Of a stretch of DNA of 41,377 nt, positions 17,582-26,978 are shown one piece after another. Within the stretch, counting starts at the first letter, position 1. Each line of letters begins with the position of its first letter. This stretch comes from Candidatus Moraniibacteriota bacterium (GTDB taxonomy: Bacteria; Patescibacteriota; Minisyncoccia; Moranbacterales; UBA1568). The notes under the pieces are model-generated. The model was not told the DNA's origin and searched no databases. It worked only from the letters and a program-made list of their open reading frames with translations. The DNA lies in contig JAUSGT010000002.1 of the NCBI GenBank assembly GCA_030648835.1, positions 266,081-307,457 of the forward strand, in the 5' to 3' direction. A program made the position numbers and the translations under genes.

Positions 17582-18919
17582 GTGTCTGGGAAGAAAAAGC
17601 TGAAAAAGAAAAAAAAGCTGCGGCTTCTGGTTTTCGGCAGCGGCGGACGGGAACATGCGCTGGCGTGGAAGCTGGCGAAGAGTCCGCGGGTTGAAATCGT
17701 ATTTGTCGCGCCCGGTAACGCCGCCACGGCGCATGGGTCGAAGATGCAAAACGTGCCCTTGACCGACATCGCTGCTCTGGAGGAGTTCGCGGTGCACGAG
17801 AAAATTGATTTCACCGTGATAGGCCCTGAGGGACCGCTGGCCGCTGGTGCTGTGGACGCTTTTCATGCACGTGGGCTTAAGATCCTCGGCCCGACGCAGA
17901 GGGCGGCGCAACTCGAGAGCTCGAAGGATTTCGCCAAAGAGTTCATGAGGCGGCATGGCATTCCGACATCTCCTCATAAGACGTTCAGCGATCCTGCTCT
18001 AGCGCATGCCTATGTGGAGGAGCACGGCGTGCCTATCGTCATCAAAGCAGATGGACTGGCTGCCGGCAAAGGGGTGGAAGTTGCCACCAACTTGGCTCAG
18101 GCACACGCGGCGGTCGACACGATTCTGGTCAAGAAGAAATTCGAAGGTGCCTGTGACAAAGTCGTTATCGAGGACTTTGCCGACGGTGAGGAAGCCAGTT
18201 TCATTGTCGTAGCGGATGGCAAACATGTCTTACCGCTGGCTACTAGTCAGGATCACAAGAGGCGTGGCGATGGCGATACGGGTCCGAACACCGGTGGTGC
18301 AGGGGTGTACTCTCCGGCGTATCTCGTTACGCCAGAGCTCCATGAGTGCCTCATGGACATTGCCAAGAAGACGATCGACGGGATGGCCGAGGAAGGTATG
18401 CCGTTCGTGGGTTTTCTGTACATCGGAGTGATGATCAGGCCCGATGGCAGCATAGCCGTGCTTGAGTTCAATGTCCGTCTCGGCGATCCCGAAACACAGC
18501 CAATCATGATGCGGCTTCTGACCGATCTTGTCGAAATCTCAGAGCACGCACTTGCTGGCACCCTCGATAAGGTGGAAGCACAATGGGATTCGCGAGCCGC
18601 TATCGGCGTGGTGTTGATGGATGAAGGCTATCCGGAGAATCCGAAGAAGGGCGCTGTGATCACGGGATTGCCGGAAGAAACCGATGATTGTGTAGTCTTT
18701 CAAGCCGGTACGCTCGAGGTGCCGCGTGACTCGGGGGGCTCCGAAATTGTCGTTCATGGCGGGCGAGTGCTTTGCGTCACCACGCTTGGCAAATCGCTTC
18801 GGTCAGCACAACAGCGTGCGTACAAAGTCGCAGACGATATCCAATTTGAGCGTAAATACATGCGCCGTGATATCGGCTACAGGGCTTTGGCACGGATGGA
18901 AACAGCGGTCGTTCCCTGA
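17582..18919 (+). CDS. purD: phosphoribosylamine--glycine ligase
   Basis: GSGGREHALAW, GPE.PL, LESSK, KADGLAAGKGV, QDHKR, GPNTGG.G, RLGDPETQ. Start uncertain (GTG 17582 or ATG 17501). Confidence 0.95.
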   Translation: MSGKKKLKKKKKLRLLVFGSGGREHALAWKLAKSPRVEIVFVAPGNAATAHGSKMQNVPLTDIAALEEFAVHEKIDFTVIGPEGPLAAGAVDAFHARGLKILGPTQRAAQLESSKDFAKEFMRRHGIPTSPHKTFSDPALAHAYVEEHGVPIVIKADGLAAGKGVEVATNLAQAHAAVDTILVKKKFEGACDKVVIEDFADGEEASFIVVADGKHVLPLATSQDHKRRGDGDTGPNTGGAGVYSPAYLVTPELHECLMDIAKKTIDGMAEEGMPFVGFLYIGVMIRPDGSIAVLEFNVRLGDPETQPIMMRLLTDLVEISEHALAGTLDKVEAQWDSRAAIGVVLMDEGYPENPKKGAVITGLPEETDDCVVFQAGTLEVPRDSGGSEIVVHGGRVLCVTTLGKSLRSAQQRAYKVADDIQFERKYMRRDIGYRALARMETAVVP

Positions 18920-19057
18920 GACCGCGGCAAGAAGCAACCGAAGTACGGGCAAGAGGTGGTAACTATACATCTCTTCGCCCGATTTTTTTATCCAAAAATT
19001 TTTAGCGTTTGTGTTATACTGGTTTCAAGGATACATGATAAATATTTTTATAAACTC

Positions 19058-19408
19058 ATGGATTTGGCAAATAAAAAATGTGTACCGTGTGAGGGTGGGA
19101 CGAAACCACTGACAGGGGAACAGATTGCCGAGTACTTTCAAGTGCTTACTGGTTGGCAAGTGGTAAAAGAGAAAGAGATTATCAAGCAGTATCAATGCAA
19201 AGATTTTGCTGAAGCGCTGGCTTTTGTGAACGCTATCGGAGCGATAGCCGAAGTGGAAGGCCATCACCCGGATATCAATCTCTTTAGCTGGAGCAAGGTG
19301 GCGCTAACGCTTTCCACCCATGCTATTGGCGGGCTTTCCATCAATGATTTCATTCTGGCCGCCAAGATAGACACTCTGAAAAAAGAAAAGTTCCCGGCGA
19401 TTACGTAA
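19058..19408 (+). CDS. phhB: pterin-4-alpha-carbinolamine dehydratase
   Basis: CVPC, HHPD and THAIGGLS.NDFILAAKID. Confidence 0.9.
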   Translation: MDLANKKCVPCEGGTKPLTGEQIAEYFQVLTGWQVVKEKEIIKQYQCKDFAEALAFVNAIGAIAEVEGHHPDINLFSWSKVALTLSTHAIGGLSINDFILAAKIDTLKKEKFPAIT

Positions 19409-19507
19409 ATGGTTACGTAATCAGTTATCTATCTGATTTTTTTACAAAGTTTAATATCGAGAATTTCTTTCAGTAGAGATCAAAGATAGCTTTTTCTATT
19501 AGTATGC

Positions 19508-19543
19508 CACTGACTTTTACCGCAATTGCGGTAAAAGTCAGTG
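19508..19543. repeat. perfect 36-bp palindrome
   Basis: cactgacttttaccgcaa-ttgcggtaaaagtcagtg. Confidence 0.9.
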
Positions 19544-19724
19544 CAAGTGCTTCTTTAAGGATTTAGGAATTATTTGTTGGTTTCATTTTAGTGTTGGAGA
19601 CTTATTTTTTTTGACAAAGGGGACTCTTTCTTGGTATCTTGCTGAGTCGGACCGATTCCAAGCAATACGGTCTGAAAAGCGTAGTTCCTGAACAACTGAA
19701 TATTTTTGGAGGTTCAAAAAAATC

Positions 19725-20681
19725 ATGGAAACCTTTGTTGACAAGCTCCAGCTTGCGATGCAAATGAAGAAAAGTGTGCTTTGCGTTGGACTTGACCCGC
19801 AGCTTAAATTTATGCCGCCCCATCTTATTGCTGAAATGCGGGCGGTCTACGGTGACACGGAAGAAGCGATCGGTGAGCTTTACTACGCATTCAACCGTGC
19901 AATCATCGATGCGGTCGAGCCGTCCGCTGGCGTTGTGAAGCCCCAGGCCGCGTTCTATACAAGGAGTGCACATACTTGGCATGCGCTCGAAAAGACGCAG
20001 GCGTACGCAAAGTACAAGGGACTTTTGCGGATCAAAGACGCCAAATGCAAAGACGGCGGCGATACTGCCCAAGCTTATGCAGAAGCTCATATCGGCGAAG
20101 TGCCGTTTTTCGATGGAGATCGAGCAGTCGCTCCTATCCGCGGAGATGCCGTTACGATTGATGGTTACATCGGCGAGAATTGTGTTGGCTATTTCGCACA
20201 GGAAGTCCGGCTACACGGTACTTGTGCTTTCGTGGTTGACAAGACATCCTTTGAACCGAATTCGGCCATCGAACAGTTGGTTACCGATAACGGTCTGACG
20301 GTTTGGGAGCGTTTGGCACATTACGTGAGCGTGTGGGGCGAAGGTACCGAAGGAAAAAATGGCTATCGCAATGTTGGTGTTGTTATGGGGGCAACTTTCC
20401 CCGAAGACGCGCCCAAAATGCGAAAAATTCTTCCCAAGGCGCTCATGCTGGTTCCGGGTTACGGCGCGCAAGGCGGAGGGGCCGAAGGTGCGGTCGTGCC
20501 ATTCAATGAAGATGGATTCGGCGCCGTGGTAAACTCTTCACGGGGGATTATTGCAGCATGGCAGAAGGGGCCATTTGCGTGTGATCCGAAGGATTTCGCG
20601 CAAGCGGCGGCACTGGCGGCATCAGCTGCTCGTCATGATCTGAACGTGGCCCTCATGAAGGCCAACAAATTTCCATTCTGA
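19725..20681 (+). CDS. pyrF: orotidine-5'-phosphate decarboxylase
   Basis: LCVGLDP, KPQAAFY, DAK..D, GAT.P, LVPGYGAQGG, NSSRGII. Confidence 0.92.
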   Translation: METFVDKLQLAMQMKKSVLCVGLDPQLKFMPPHLIAEMRAVYGDTEEAIGELYYAFNRAIIDAVEPSAGVVKPQAAFYTRSAHTWHALEKTQAYAKYKGLLRIKDAKCKDGGDTAQAYAEAHIGEVPFFDGDRAVAPIRGDAVTIDGYIGENCVGYFAQEVRLHGTCAFVVDKTSFEPNSAIEQLVTDNGLTVWERLAHYVSVWGEGTEGKNGYRNVGVVMGATFPEDAPKMRKILPKALMLVPGYGAQGGGAEGAVVPFNEDGFGAVVNSSRGIIAAWQKGPFACDPKDFAQAAALAASAARHDLNVALMKANKFPF

Positions 20682-20712
20682 ATTTCAACGCAACGCAACC
20701 AGGAGAAAAACC

Positions 20713-21399
20713 ATGCAACTTCCAGAACCGAGAACACCGGCAGAGGAATTCTTTGCTTTCGCGTTTGAAAGACAGGCGTTGTTGTTTGGCAGCTACCGGA
20801 CGAAAGCTGGCCGAGACTCGCCATACTTTCTCGACGCCGGGTTGTTCAGCGATGGACAGTCCATGGCAAAGCTCGGCGAACTGTACGCCAAGACGATCTT
20901 CCGTAATAACTTTCTATCTGACTTTGACTCTTTGTTTGGTCCGGCGTACAAGGGTATACCGCTGGTTACCGCTACGGCGATAGCGCTGGCGCAATTTGGC
21001 AAGAATTGCCGGTTTGCGTATAACCGCAAGGAGCCCAAGGACCATGGTGAAGGCGGAACAGTAATTGGCGGTCCGCTTCATGGACGGGTTGCGGTTATCG
21101 ACGATGTGATTAGCGCCGGCACATCGGTGCGTCAATCAGTGGAAGTCATTCATACTTCCGGAACTCAGTTTGCCGGCGTCGTCGTTTTAATGGATAGACA
21201 GGAAAAAGGCGCTGGCGAACTTTCCGCTATTCAGGAAGTGAAACACAATTACGGCGTTCCCGTGCTCGCGGTTGCCACGCTTGCGGATTTGGTGCATTAT
21301 CTCGAGCGCGCCTGTTTCGAGGAACCAGATCGCAGTGTTAGTCGTATCATTGAAAACATCAACGCTTATCGCAAGCAGTACGGCGCCAAAGCGGCCTGA
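20713..21399 (+). CDS. pyrE: orotate phosphoribosyltransferase
   Basis: K.GR.SPYF, FGPAYKGIPL, NRKE.KDHGEGG, IDDVISAGTS. Confidence 0.96.
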   Translation: MQLPEPRTPAEEFFAFAFERQALLFGSYRTKAGRDSPYFLDAGLFSDGQSMAKLGELYAKTIFRNNFLSDFDSLFGPAYKGIPLVTATAIALAQFGKNCRFAYNRKEPKDHGEGGTVIGGPLHGRVAVIDDVISAGTSVRQSVEVIHTSGTQFAGVVVLMDRQEKGAGELSAIQEVKHNYGVPVLAVATLADLVHYLERACFEEPDRSVSRIIENINAYRKQYGAKAA

Positions 21400-21547
21400 A
21401 CAGGCCTGGTGAAATCCAAGGGGTACCGAGTGTGAGTTGCTATCACGTAGCACACACCACGGGCCCTTTTTTCTTTTGCCTTGTTTTTGGGTTTTTTTCT
21501 TGATATACTCTCCATTGTGTTGGAATATTTTCAAATAATGGCTTGTT

Positions 21548-22624
21548 ATGCGGATTGAAACCGAATTGAAGGTTTTTAAAGAGCGTCTCGACCCAAAAAT
21601 CGGGGCGTATTTTGATAAAGCCATAGAGGAGGCGAACAAAGAAGATGCTTTCGTCACGGACGCGCTCCGCTACGGGAAAACACTGATGCTTGCCGGCGGA
21701 AAACGTTTGCGGGCGGCTTTTATGTACTATGGTTACTTGGGAGCCGGAGGGACGGAAGAAGAGAAGCTTCTTTCTGCATCCATGAGCATCGAATTCATCC
21801 ACGCGTTTCTTCTTGTCCACGATGATATTATTGATCAGGATGATATGCGCCACGGCGTGGCGACGTTCCATCGGCACTATGCCGATATTGGAGAAAAATT
21901 GTTTCCGGGGAAGGATAAAGAGCATTTCGGGGATGCTATCGCCATCATTATGGGGGATATGTTGGGGGCTTTTGGGAATGACATTATTTTTTCTTCCGAC
22001 TTCCCGCTGGAGCGGAAGTTTCAGGCGCTCACGAAATTGCAGAAGATCGTTTCTTACACAGTCATCGGCCAGGCGCGCGACATATATATGGAGTTCAAGG
22101 GTGAGGCGAGCGAAGAGGAGATTCTTTCGATGTACAGAAACAAGACCGCCCGTTATACGGTTGAGGGACCACTGCACTTGGGGGCGATATTGGCCGGAGC
22201 TTCGCAGGAAATTCTCGACGGATTGTCGGCGTATGCTATTCCGCTCGGCATCGCGTTTCAGATCCAAGATGATATTCTCGGCATTTATGGCACTGCCAAA
22301 CGTTTGGGGAAACCGATCGGTTCCGATATTGAAGAAGGAAAGATCACACTTCTCGTTTCCCGAGCATTGCGGGATGGTAGCGTAGAGCAGAAAAAACGGC
22401 TTACAGAAATTCTTTCTTTGGGAGAAAAGCTGACAGAAAAAGATATCGAAGAATTTCGCGAACTGATAAAAATGACCGGGGCATATGACGGCACCAAAGC
22501 GCTGGCTCTGGGGTATATTGAAGAGGGGAAGCAAGCGCTCAAAGCGCTCGAGGGCAAATTGCAGCCACGCGCCTATGACTTTCTTTTTTCTGTGGCGGAG
22601 TATATGATGGGGCGTGAATATTGA
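21548..22624 (+). CDS. polyprenyl diphosphate synthase (IspA/GGPPS family)
   Basis: GGKRLR, LVHDDIID.D..R (first Asp-rich motif), KTA.Y, FQIQDD (second Asp-rich motif). Confidence 0.93.
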   Translation: MRIETELKVFKERLDPKIGAYFDKAIEEANKEDAFVTDALRYGKTLMLAGGKRLRAAFMYYGYLGAGGTEEEKLLSASMSIEFIHAFLLVHDDIIDQDDMRHGVATFHRHYADIGEKLFPGKDKEHFGDAIAIIMGDMLGAFGNDIIFSSDFPLERKFQALTKLQKIVSYTVIGQARDIYMEFKGEASEEEILSMYRNKTARYTVEGPLHLGAILAGASQEILDGLSAYAIPLGIAFQIQDDILGIYGTAKRLGKPIGSDIEEGKITLLVSRALRDGSVEQKKRLTEILSLGEKLTEKDIEEFRELIKMTGAYDGTKALALGYIEEGKQALKALEGKLQPRAYDFLFSVAEYMMGREY

Positions 22625-22676
22625 AATCAGTTGGCAAACAATAGTTAACAGTGAGTGAGAGACGAGCGTGAAAATT

Positions 22677-23411
22677 ATGGATCTGGAACAAGAAATACCG
22701 ACAATCGAAAAGGAGTCTCTCCCGCGTCATGTGGTCATCATACCGGATGGCAATCGGCGTTGGGCCGTCAAACGTGGGCTGAAGCATTGGGAAGGGCACG
22801 AAGCCGGCGCGGAAAACACGGAGAATCTGGTTCGCGAAGCGCAACGTCTCGGCATTCGGGAAATTTCTTTCTGGGGGTCGTCTCTGGAGAATCTTGTCAA
22901 ACGGCCGGTCATCGAGAGTCAGGCCTTGCTCGGTATCTATGAAACCTATTTCAAGAAGCTTCTGGAGAGCCAGGATATTCATAAAGATGAGGTCCATATC
23001 CGTTTTATCGGGCATTGGGAAGAACAGTTTCCGGAATCACTCAAAAAAGTGATGTATGCGTGTCTTGAAGCGACGAAAGGGTACAGCAAACATTATTTGA
23101 ATTTTCTTTTGGCATATAGCGGTGATGACGATATGCGCAGCGCTTTTCAGAAAGTGGCTGGTACGCTCAAGCCGGGGGAGGCGGTGACCGATACGCTTAT
23201 CAAAGAAAATCTTATGACTCGTGAATTGGCACCGGTCGAATTTCTTATCCGGACGGGCGGAGAGCCACATCTCTCGGCTGGCTTTATGATGTGGGATATC
23301 GCCAATGCTCAGCTCTATTTTTCGGACAAGTACTACCCGGATTTTGATGAGAAAGCCTTTCAGGAGGCGCTTCTTGATTACGCCGCTCGGGAGCGCCGTC
23401 TTGGCCGCTAG
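22677..23411 (+). CDS. uppS: undecaprenyl diphosphate synthase (cis-prenyltransferase)
   Basis: P.HV.IIPDGNRRWA, S.EN..R, IRTGGE..LS; ATG at 22677, alternative GTG at 22668. Confidence 0.93.
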   Translation: MDLEQEIPTIEKESLPRHVVIIPDGNRRWAVKRGLKHWEGHEAGAENTENLVREAQRLGIREISFWGSSLENLVKRPVIESQALLGIYETYFKKLLESQDIHKDEVHIRFIGHWEEQFPESLKKVMYACLEATKGYSKHYLNFLLAYSGDDDMRSAFQKVAGTLKPGEAVTDTLIKENLMTRELAPVEFLIRTGGEPHLSAGFMMWDIANAQLYFSDKYYPDFDEKAFQEALLDYAARERRLGR

Positions 23412-23478
23412 TTCTTTGTGGATTATGGGTCGAGTACTTGCCTTGTCAGAGTGAGAATGAAGCTGGTCTCTAATGGGG

Positions 23479-23507
23479 TTGACAATAATCCTAAGCTCCA
23501 CTACAAT
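23479..23507 (+). promoter_or_regulatory. sigma70 promoter for the infA-rpsI cluster
   Basis: TTGACA-17 bp-TACAAT. Confidence 0.7.
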
Positions 23508-23758
23508 AAGACTACGTTTTGTCATCGACTCTGAGGGACGAGCCTTCAGGCTCAGACTCGAACGAGAAAAATTGTAGAGAAAGTATCAAAGAGGGTTGGG
23601 CTACCGCTGAACTACACGATTTAGGACTGATTGCTCCCATTAACTCCTGCCTCTCTTTTTGCATTGTAGTTAAACTAAGACCAACATTGGAAAAATCGAA
23701 TGGGAAGGGATAATAAGAGTCACTTTTTAGTCTCTATATTAAGTCCCTAAAGTGAGCT

Positions 23759-23980
23759 ATGGCCAACAACAAAGAATTGATCCGTGTTGACGGGGAAGTC
23801 CTGGAAACACTGCCGAGTACTACCTTTCGCGTCCGTCTCGATAATGGACACGAAGTGTTGGCTCATATTTCCGGTCGGATGCGCGTTCATTATATCCGTC
23901 TTTTGCCCGGAGATCGCGTGACGCTTGAGATGAGCCCGTATGATCTCTCCAAGGGTCGGATCGTGCAGCGATTGAAGTAG
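23759..23980 (+). CDS. infA: translation initiation factor IF-1
   Basis: [16 protein letters not shown].....PYDL.KGRI. Confidence 0.97.
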   Translation: MANNKELIRVDGEVLETLPSTTFRVRLDNGHEVLAHISGRMRVHYIRLLPGDRVTLEMSPYDLSKGRIVQRLK

Positions 23981-24007
23981 ATCTCATTGTTTTTGAAAGT
24001 TGAAATT

Positions 24008-24121
24008 ATGAAAGTCCGAGCTTCCGTCAAAAAAATCTGCGTACACTGTAAAATCGTCAAGCGCCGTGGTACGGTGTTTGTCATTTGTTCGACTCCAAAA
24101 CACAAACAGCGCCAGGGCTAA
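24008..24121 (+). CDS. rpmJ: 50S ribosomal protein L36
   Basis: Manual translation [37 protein letters not shown]. Confidence 0.97.
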   Translation: MKVRASVKKICVHCKIVKRRGTVFVICSTPKHKQRQG

Positions 24122-24140
24122 TACAACACGAAGTGAAATT

Positions 24141-24530
24141 ATGGTAAGAATTGCCGGAATCAATATTCCAGATAACAAAAGAATCGAAGTCGCTCTGACA
24201 TATATCTATGGCATTGGTCTGTCGACGAGCCAAAAGATTTTGAAGGAACTTTCGATCGATGTGGACACACGAGCCAAAGATTTGACGGCTGAAGATGCCA
24301 ATCACTTGCGCGAGGCGATTGAGAAGAAATACCGCGTGGAAGGGGAGCTTCGTCACGTGGTCAAACAAAATATCAAGCGTTTGAAGGAAATCGGTTGTTA
24401 CCGGGGCACGCGTCATCAAAAAGGTCTCCCGTCACGTGGGCAGCGCACCAAAACCAACACACGTACCGTTCGTGGCAATGTCAGAAAGACAATGGGTAGT
24501 GGTCGTAAGAAATCATCCGACAAGACATAG
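24141..24530 (+). CDS. rpsM: 30S ribosomal protein S13
   Basis: [25 protein letters not shown]. Confidence 0.97.
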   Translation: MVRIAGINIPDNKRIEVALTYIYGIGLSTSQKILKELSIDVDTRAKDLTAEDANHLREAIEKKYRVEGELRHVVKQNIKRLKEIGCYRGTRHQKGLPSRGQRTKTNTRTVRGNVRKTMGSGRKKSSDKT

Positions 24531-24533
24531 TCT

Positions 24534-25016
24534 ATGGAAGAAGAAGAAGTAAAGAAAACTTCCGCCCAAGGCGGATCCGCCTTGGGCGGAGAAGGAGAAA
24601 ATGCTACTACTGCCAAAGTAGGGGCGAACGATGCTGCTCTGGTAAAGAAAGCCAAAAAATCAAAACGTCAGGTTTTGAAAGGCCGGGCGAATATTCAGTG
24701 TACGTATAACAATACGATTATTACCCTGACCGATTTGAACGGAGCGGTTCTTGGGTGGTCAAGTTCCGGGCATTTGAGTTTCAAGGGTGCCAAGAAATCC
24801 ACTCCCTATGCCGCTACGCAGGTGGTCGCCGATGTTTCCGAAAAAGTGAAGAAGTACGGTCTCCAAGAATTGGAAGTATTTGTAAAAGGTGTCGGCTCGG
24901 GTCGCGAAGCTTCGATTCGCGCCCTGTCCAACAATGGTTTCAATCTGACCAGTATCAAAGATATTACTCCGATTCCACACAATGGTTGTCGTCCCCGTCG
25001 CCCCCGTCGTATCTAA
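24534..25016 (+). CDS. rpsK: 30S ribosomal protein S11 with N-terminal extension
   Basis: NNTI, KKSTPYAA, G.GSGRE, TPIPHNGCRP. Confidence 0.97.
   Translation: MEEEEVKKTSAQGGSALGGEGENATTAKVGANDAALVKKAKKSKRQVLKGRANIQCTYNNTIITLTDLNGAVLGWSSSGHLSFKGAKKSTPYAATQVVADVSEKVKKYGLQELEVFVKGVGSGREASIRALSNNGFNLTSIKDITPIPHNGCRPRRPRRI
24561..24590. repeat. perfect 30-bp palindrome inserted in frame in rpsK
   Basis: tccgcccaaggcgga-tccgccttgggcgga encodes SAQGGSALGG; the first half is identical to 15441-15455. Confidence 0.88.
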
Positions 25017-25025
25017 ATTTCAACT

Positions 25026-25655
25026 ATGGCTACTATCGATTCCAAATGCAAACTTTGCCGGAGGGCCGGTGAAAAACTCTTTCTCAAAGGAGATCGCTGT
25101 TTGTCGCCGAAATGCGCTATGGTGCGCCGTCCATACGCTCCCGGTATTCATGGACACAATCCATCCCGAGGCGGCAGCGAATTCGGACGTCAGCTCGCGA
25201 TGAAACAAAAAATCAAGCGTCTGTATGGCGTGATGGAACGCCAGTTCCGGCATCATTTCGATGAGGTGCGCAAAAGCCGAGGTGTTACCGGTGACCAGCT
25301 CATTTCCCGTTTGGAACGCCGTTTGGACAATGTTATTTATCGTCTCGGGTTTGCCGTTTCGCGCTCTCAGGCCAAGCAGCTCGTCAGTCACAAAATGTTC
25401 GAAGTGAACGGCAAGCGCGTGAATATCCCTTCTTTTGAAGTGCGTGTGAACGATATGATCGTCCTGAAGCGGAACAAAAAAGACAAGCAGTTTTTCAAGA
25501 ATCAGGAAGAAATTTTGAAAAACAAGAAAGATGTGCCGCATTGGCTCTCGCTTGATGCCGATAAGCAGACCGGCAAGGTGCTCTCACTACCGGCTCGTGA
25601 AGATGTCGGAGTACGGGTTGACGCGCAAATGGTCGTTGAATATTACTCCAAATAA
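25026..25655 (+). CDS. rpsD: 30S ribosomal protein S4 (Zn-binding type)
   Basis: CKLCRR..L.LKG.RC...KC, LERRLDNV, VVEYYS. Confidence 0.97.
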   Translation: MATIDSKCKLCRRAGEKLFLKGDRCLSPKCAMVRRPYAPGIHGHNPSRGGSEFGRQLAMKQKIKRLYGVMERQFRHHFDEVRKSRGVTGDQLISRLERRLDNVIYRLGFAVSRSQAKQLVSHKMFEVNGKRVNIPSFEVRVNDMIVLKRNKKDKQFFKNQEEILKNKKDVPHWLSLDADKQTGKVLSLPAREDVGVRVDAQMVVEYYSK

Positions 25656-25746
25656 TTTTTCATAATTAACTAATACCTAACAGCGTTTCCGGTGATCGGT
25701 CAATACTCAATAGGTCCGACAGTTCATCCGAAACCACATGTCTCGT

Positions 25747-26550
25747 ATGCAGATAATCACTTCCCCGCAAAAGCCGAAGTATGTGGCCCTTGGGGAGAAT
25801 CATGGCAAGTTCGAAATCCTCGGGTGTTACCCGGGATATGGTACGACGCTCGGCAATGCGCTGCGGCGTGTACTCCTCTCGTCTCTCGATGGGGCGGCTG
25901 CCAAATCGGTAAAGATCAAGGGTGTTTCTCATGAGTTTTCCACGATTTCGGGCGTGATGGAAGATGTGGTGCAGATTATCCTCAATTTGAAGCAGGTTCG
26001 TTTCAAACTGCATGGGGAAGAATCAGTCAAGGTTACCCTGAAGAGCAAAGGCGAGGGTGTTGTGACAGCGGCCGCTATCAAGGTCCCGTCCAGCGTGGAG
26101 ATCGTCAACCCGGATCATATTATCGCCACTATCACCGACAAAAAGACGGAGTTTGAGATGGAGATAGAAATCGACAAGGGAGTCGGCTATGTTCCGGTGG
26201 AAAGCCGCGAAAAAGAAGATCGCGACATTAGTGTCATCGCTATCGACGCTATCTACACGCCGGTGAAGCGCGTGAATTACGAAATTGAAAACATGCGTGT
26301 CGGCAAGCGGACCGATTACGACAAAATTACTTTGGAAGTAGTGACTGATGGAAGCATATCTCCAACCGAAGCTTTTGAGAAAAGTGTCGCTATCCTCGTT
26401 TCCCAATTTTCTTCTCTGACAGGGGTTGAGGGAGACGCATCCGCAGTGAAAGAAGAAGTGAAAGAAGAAGTGAAAGCGGAAGAAGAGGTTGCGGAGGTGA
26501 GAGAAAAAAAGCCGAAGAAAGTTTCCAAGAAGAAAAAGAGCGAAGAGTAA
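25747..26550 (+). CDS. rpoA: RNA polymerase alpha subunit (no recognisable alpha-CTD)
   Basis: GYGTTLGNALRRVLLSS, HEF..I.GV.ED, IDA.Y.PV..V; ends in an acidic then basic tail. Start at 25738 or 25747. Confidence 0.96.
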   Translation: MQIITSPQKPKYVALGENHGKFEILGCYPGYGTTLGNALRRVLLSSLDGAAAKSVKIKGVSHEFSTISGVMEDVVQIILNLKQVRFKLHGEESVKVTLKSKGEGVVTAAAIKVPSSVEIVNPDHIIATITDKKTEFEMEIEIDKGVGYVPVESREKEDRDISVIAIDAIYTPVKRVNYEIENMRVGKRTDYDKITLEVVTDGSISPTEAFEKSVAILVSQFSSLTGVEGDASAVKEEVKEEVKAEEEVAEVREKKPKKVSKKKKSEE

Positions 26551-26608
26551 ACAACCGAATTGGTTTTTTTGTCGTAAGTTATAAGTCGCGTGTTGTAAGT
26601 CAGCAAGT

Positions 26609-26974
26609 ATGAAACACAGACATTCAGGCCGCGTTTTGAGCCGCGGAAGAAATCAGCGCCGAGCCCTTATCAAGACCCTTTTGGGGAGTCTCATTTTACA
26701 TGAACGCATTACAACGACGGAAGCCAAAGCCAAAGAAATCAAGAATTTCATTGATCAAATCATCAACAAGGCGAAAGTCGGGAGGAATGATGCATTGCGT
26801 CGCGTGGCGATTATTCGTGAATTGCAGGGGATGATACCGGAGGTGGCTTCCAAAAAACTCTTGAGTGATTTCAGCGCTCGTTTTGAGAGCCGAAAGAGTG
26901 GATATACCAGAGTTGTAAAACTCGATCAGCGCAAGAGTGACGCCGCCCATATGGCAATTATTGAATTTGTATAA
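26609..26974 (+). CDS. rplQ: 50S ribosomal protein L17
   Basis: MKHR, I.TT.AKAKE, GYTR, R..D.A.MA.IE. Confidence 0.96.
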   Translation: MKHRHSGRVLSRGRNQRRALIKTLLGSLILHERITTTEAKAKEIKNFIDQIINKAKVGRNDALRRVAIIRELQGMIPEVASKKLLSDFSARFESRKSGYTRVVKLDQRKSDAAHMAIIEFV

Positions 26975-26978
26975 ACGT

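Noticed and set aside
21403-21475. Riboswitch after pyrE
   Set aside because: Nested hairpins end in a T tract directly after a stop codon; no aptamer motif recognised, so most simply a terminator.
21443-22534. 363-aa minus-strand ORF
   Set aside because: Antisense shadow of the polyprenyl synthase.
23510-23758. ncRNA in the long infA leader
   Set aside because: Some hairpins are present but I could not support a defined fold or family.
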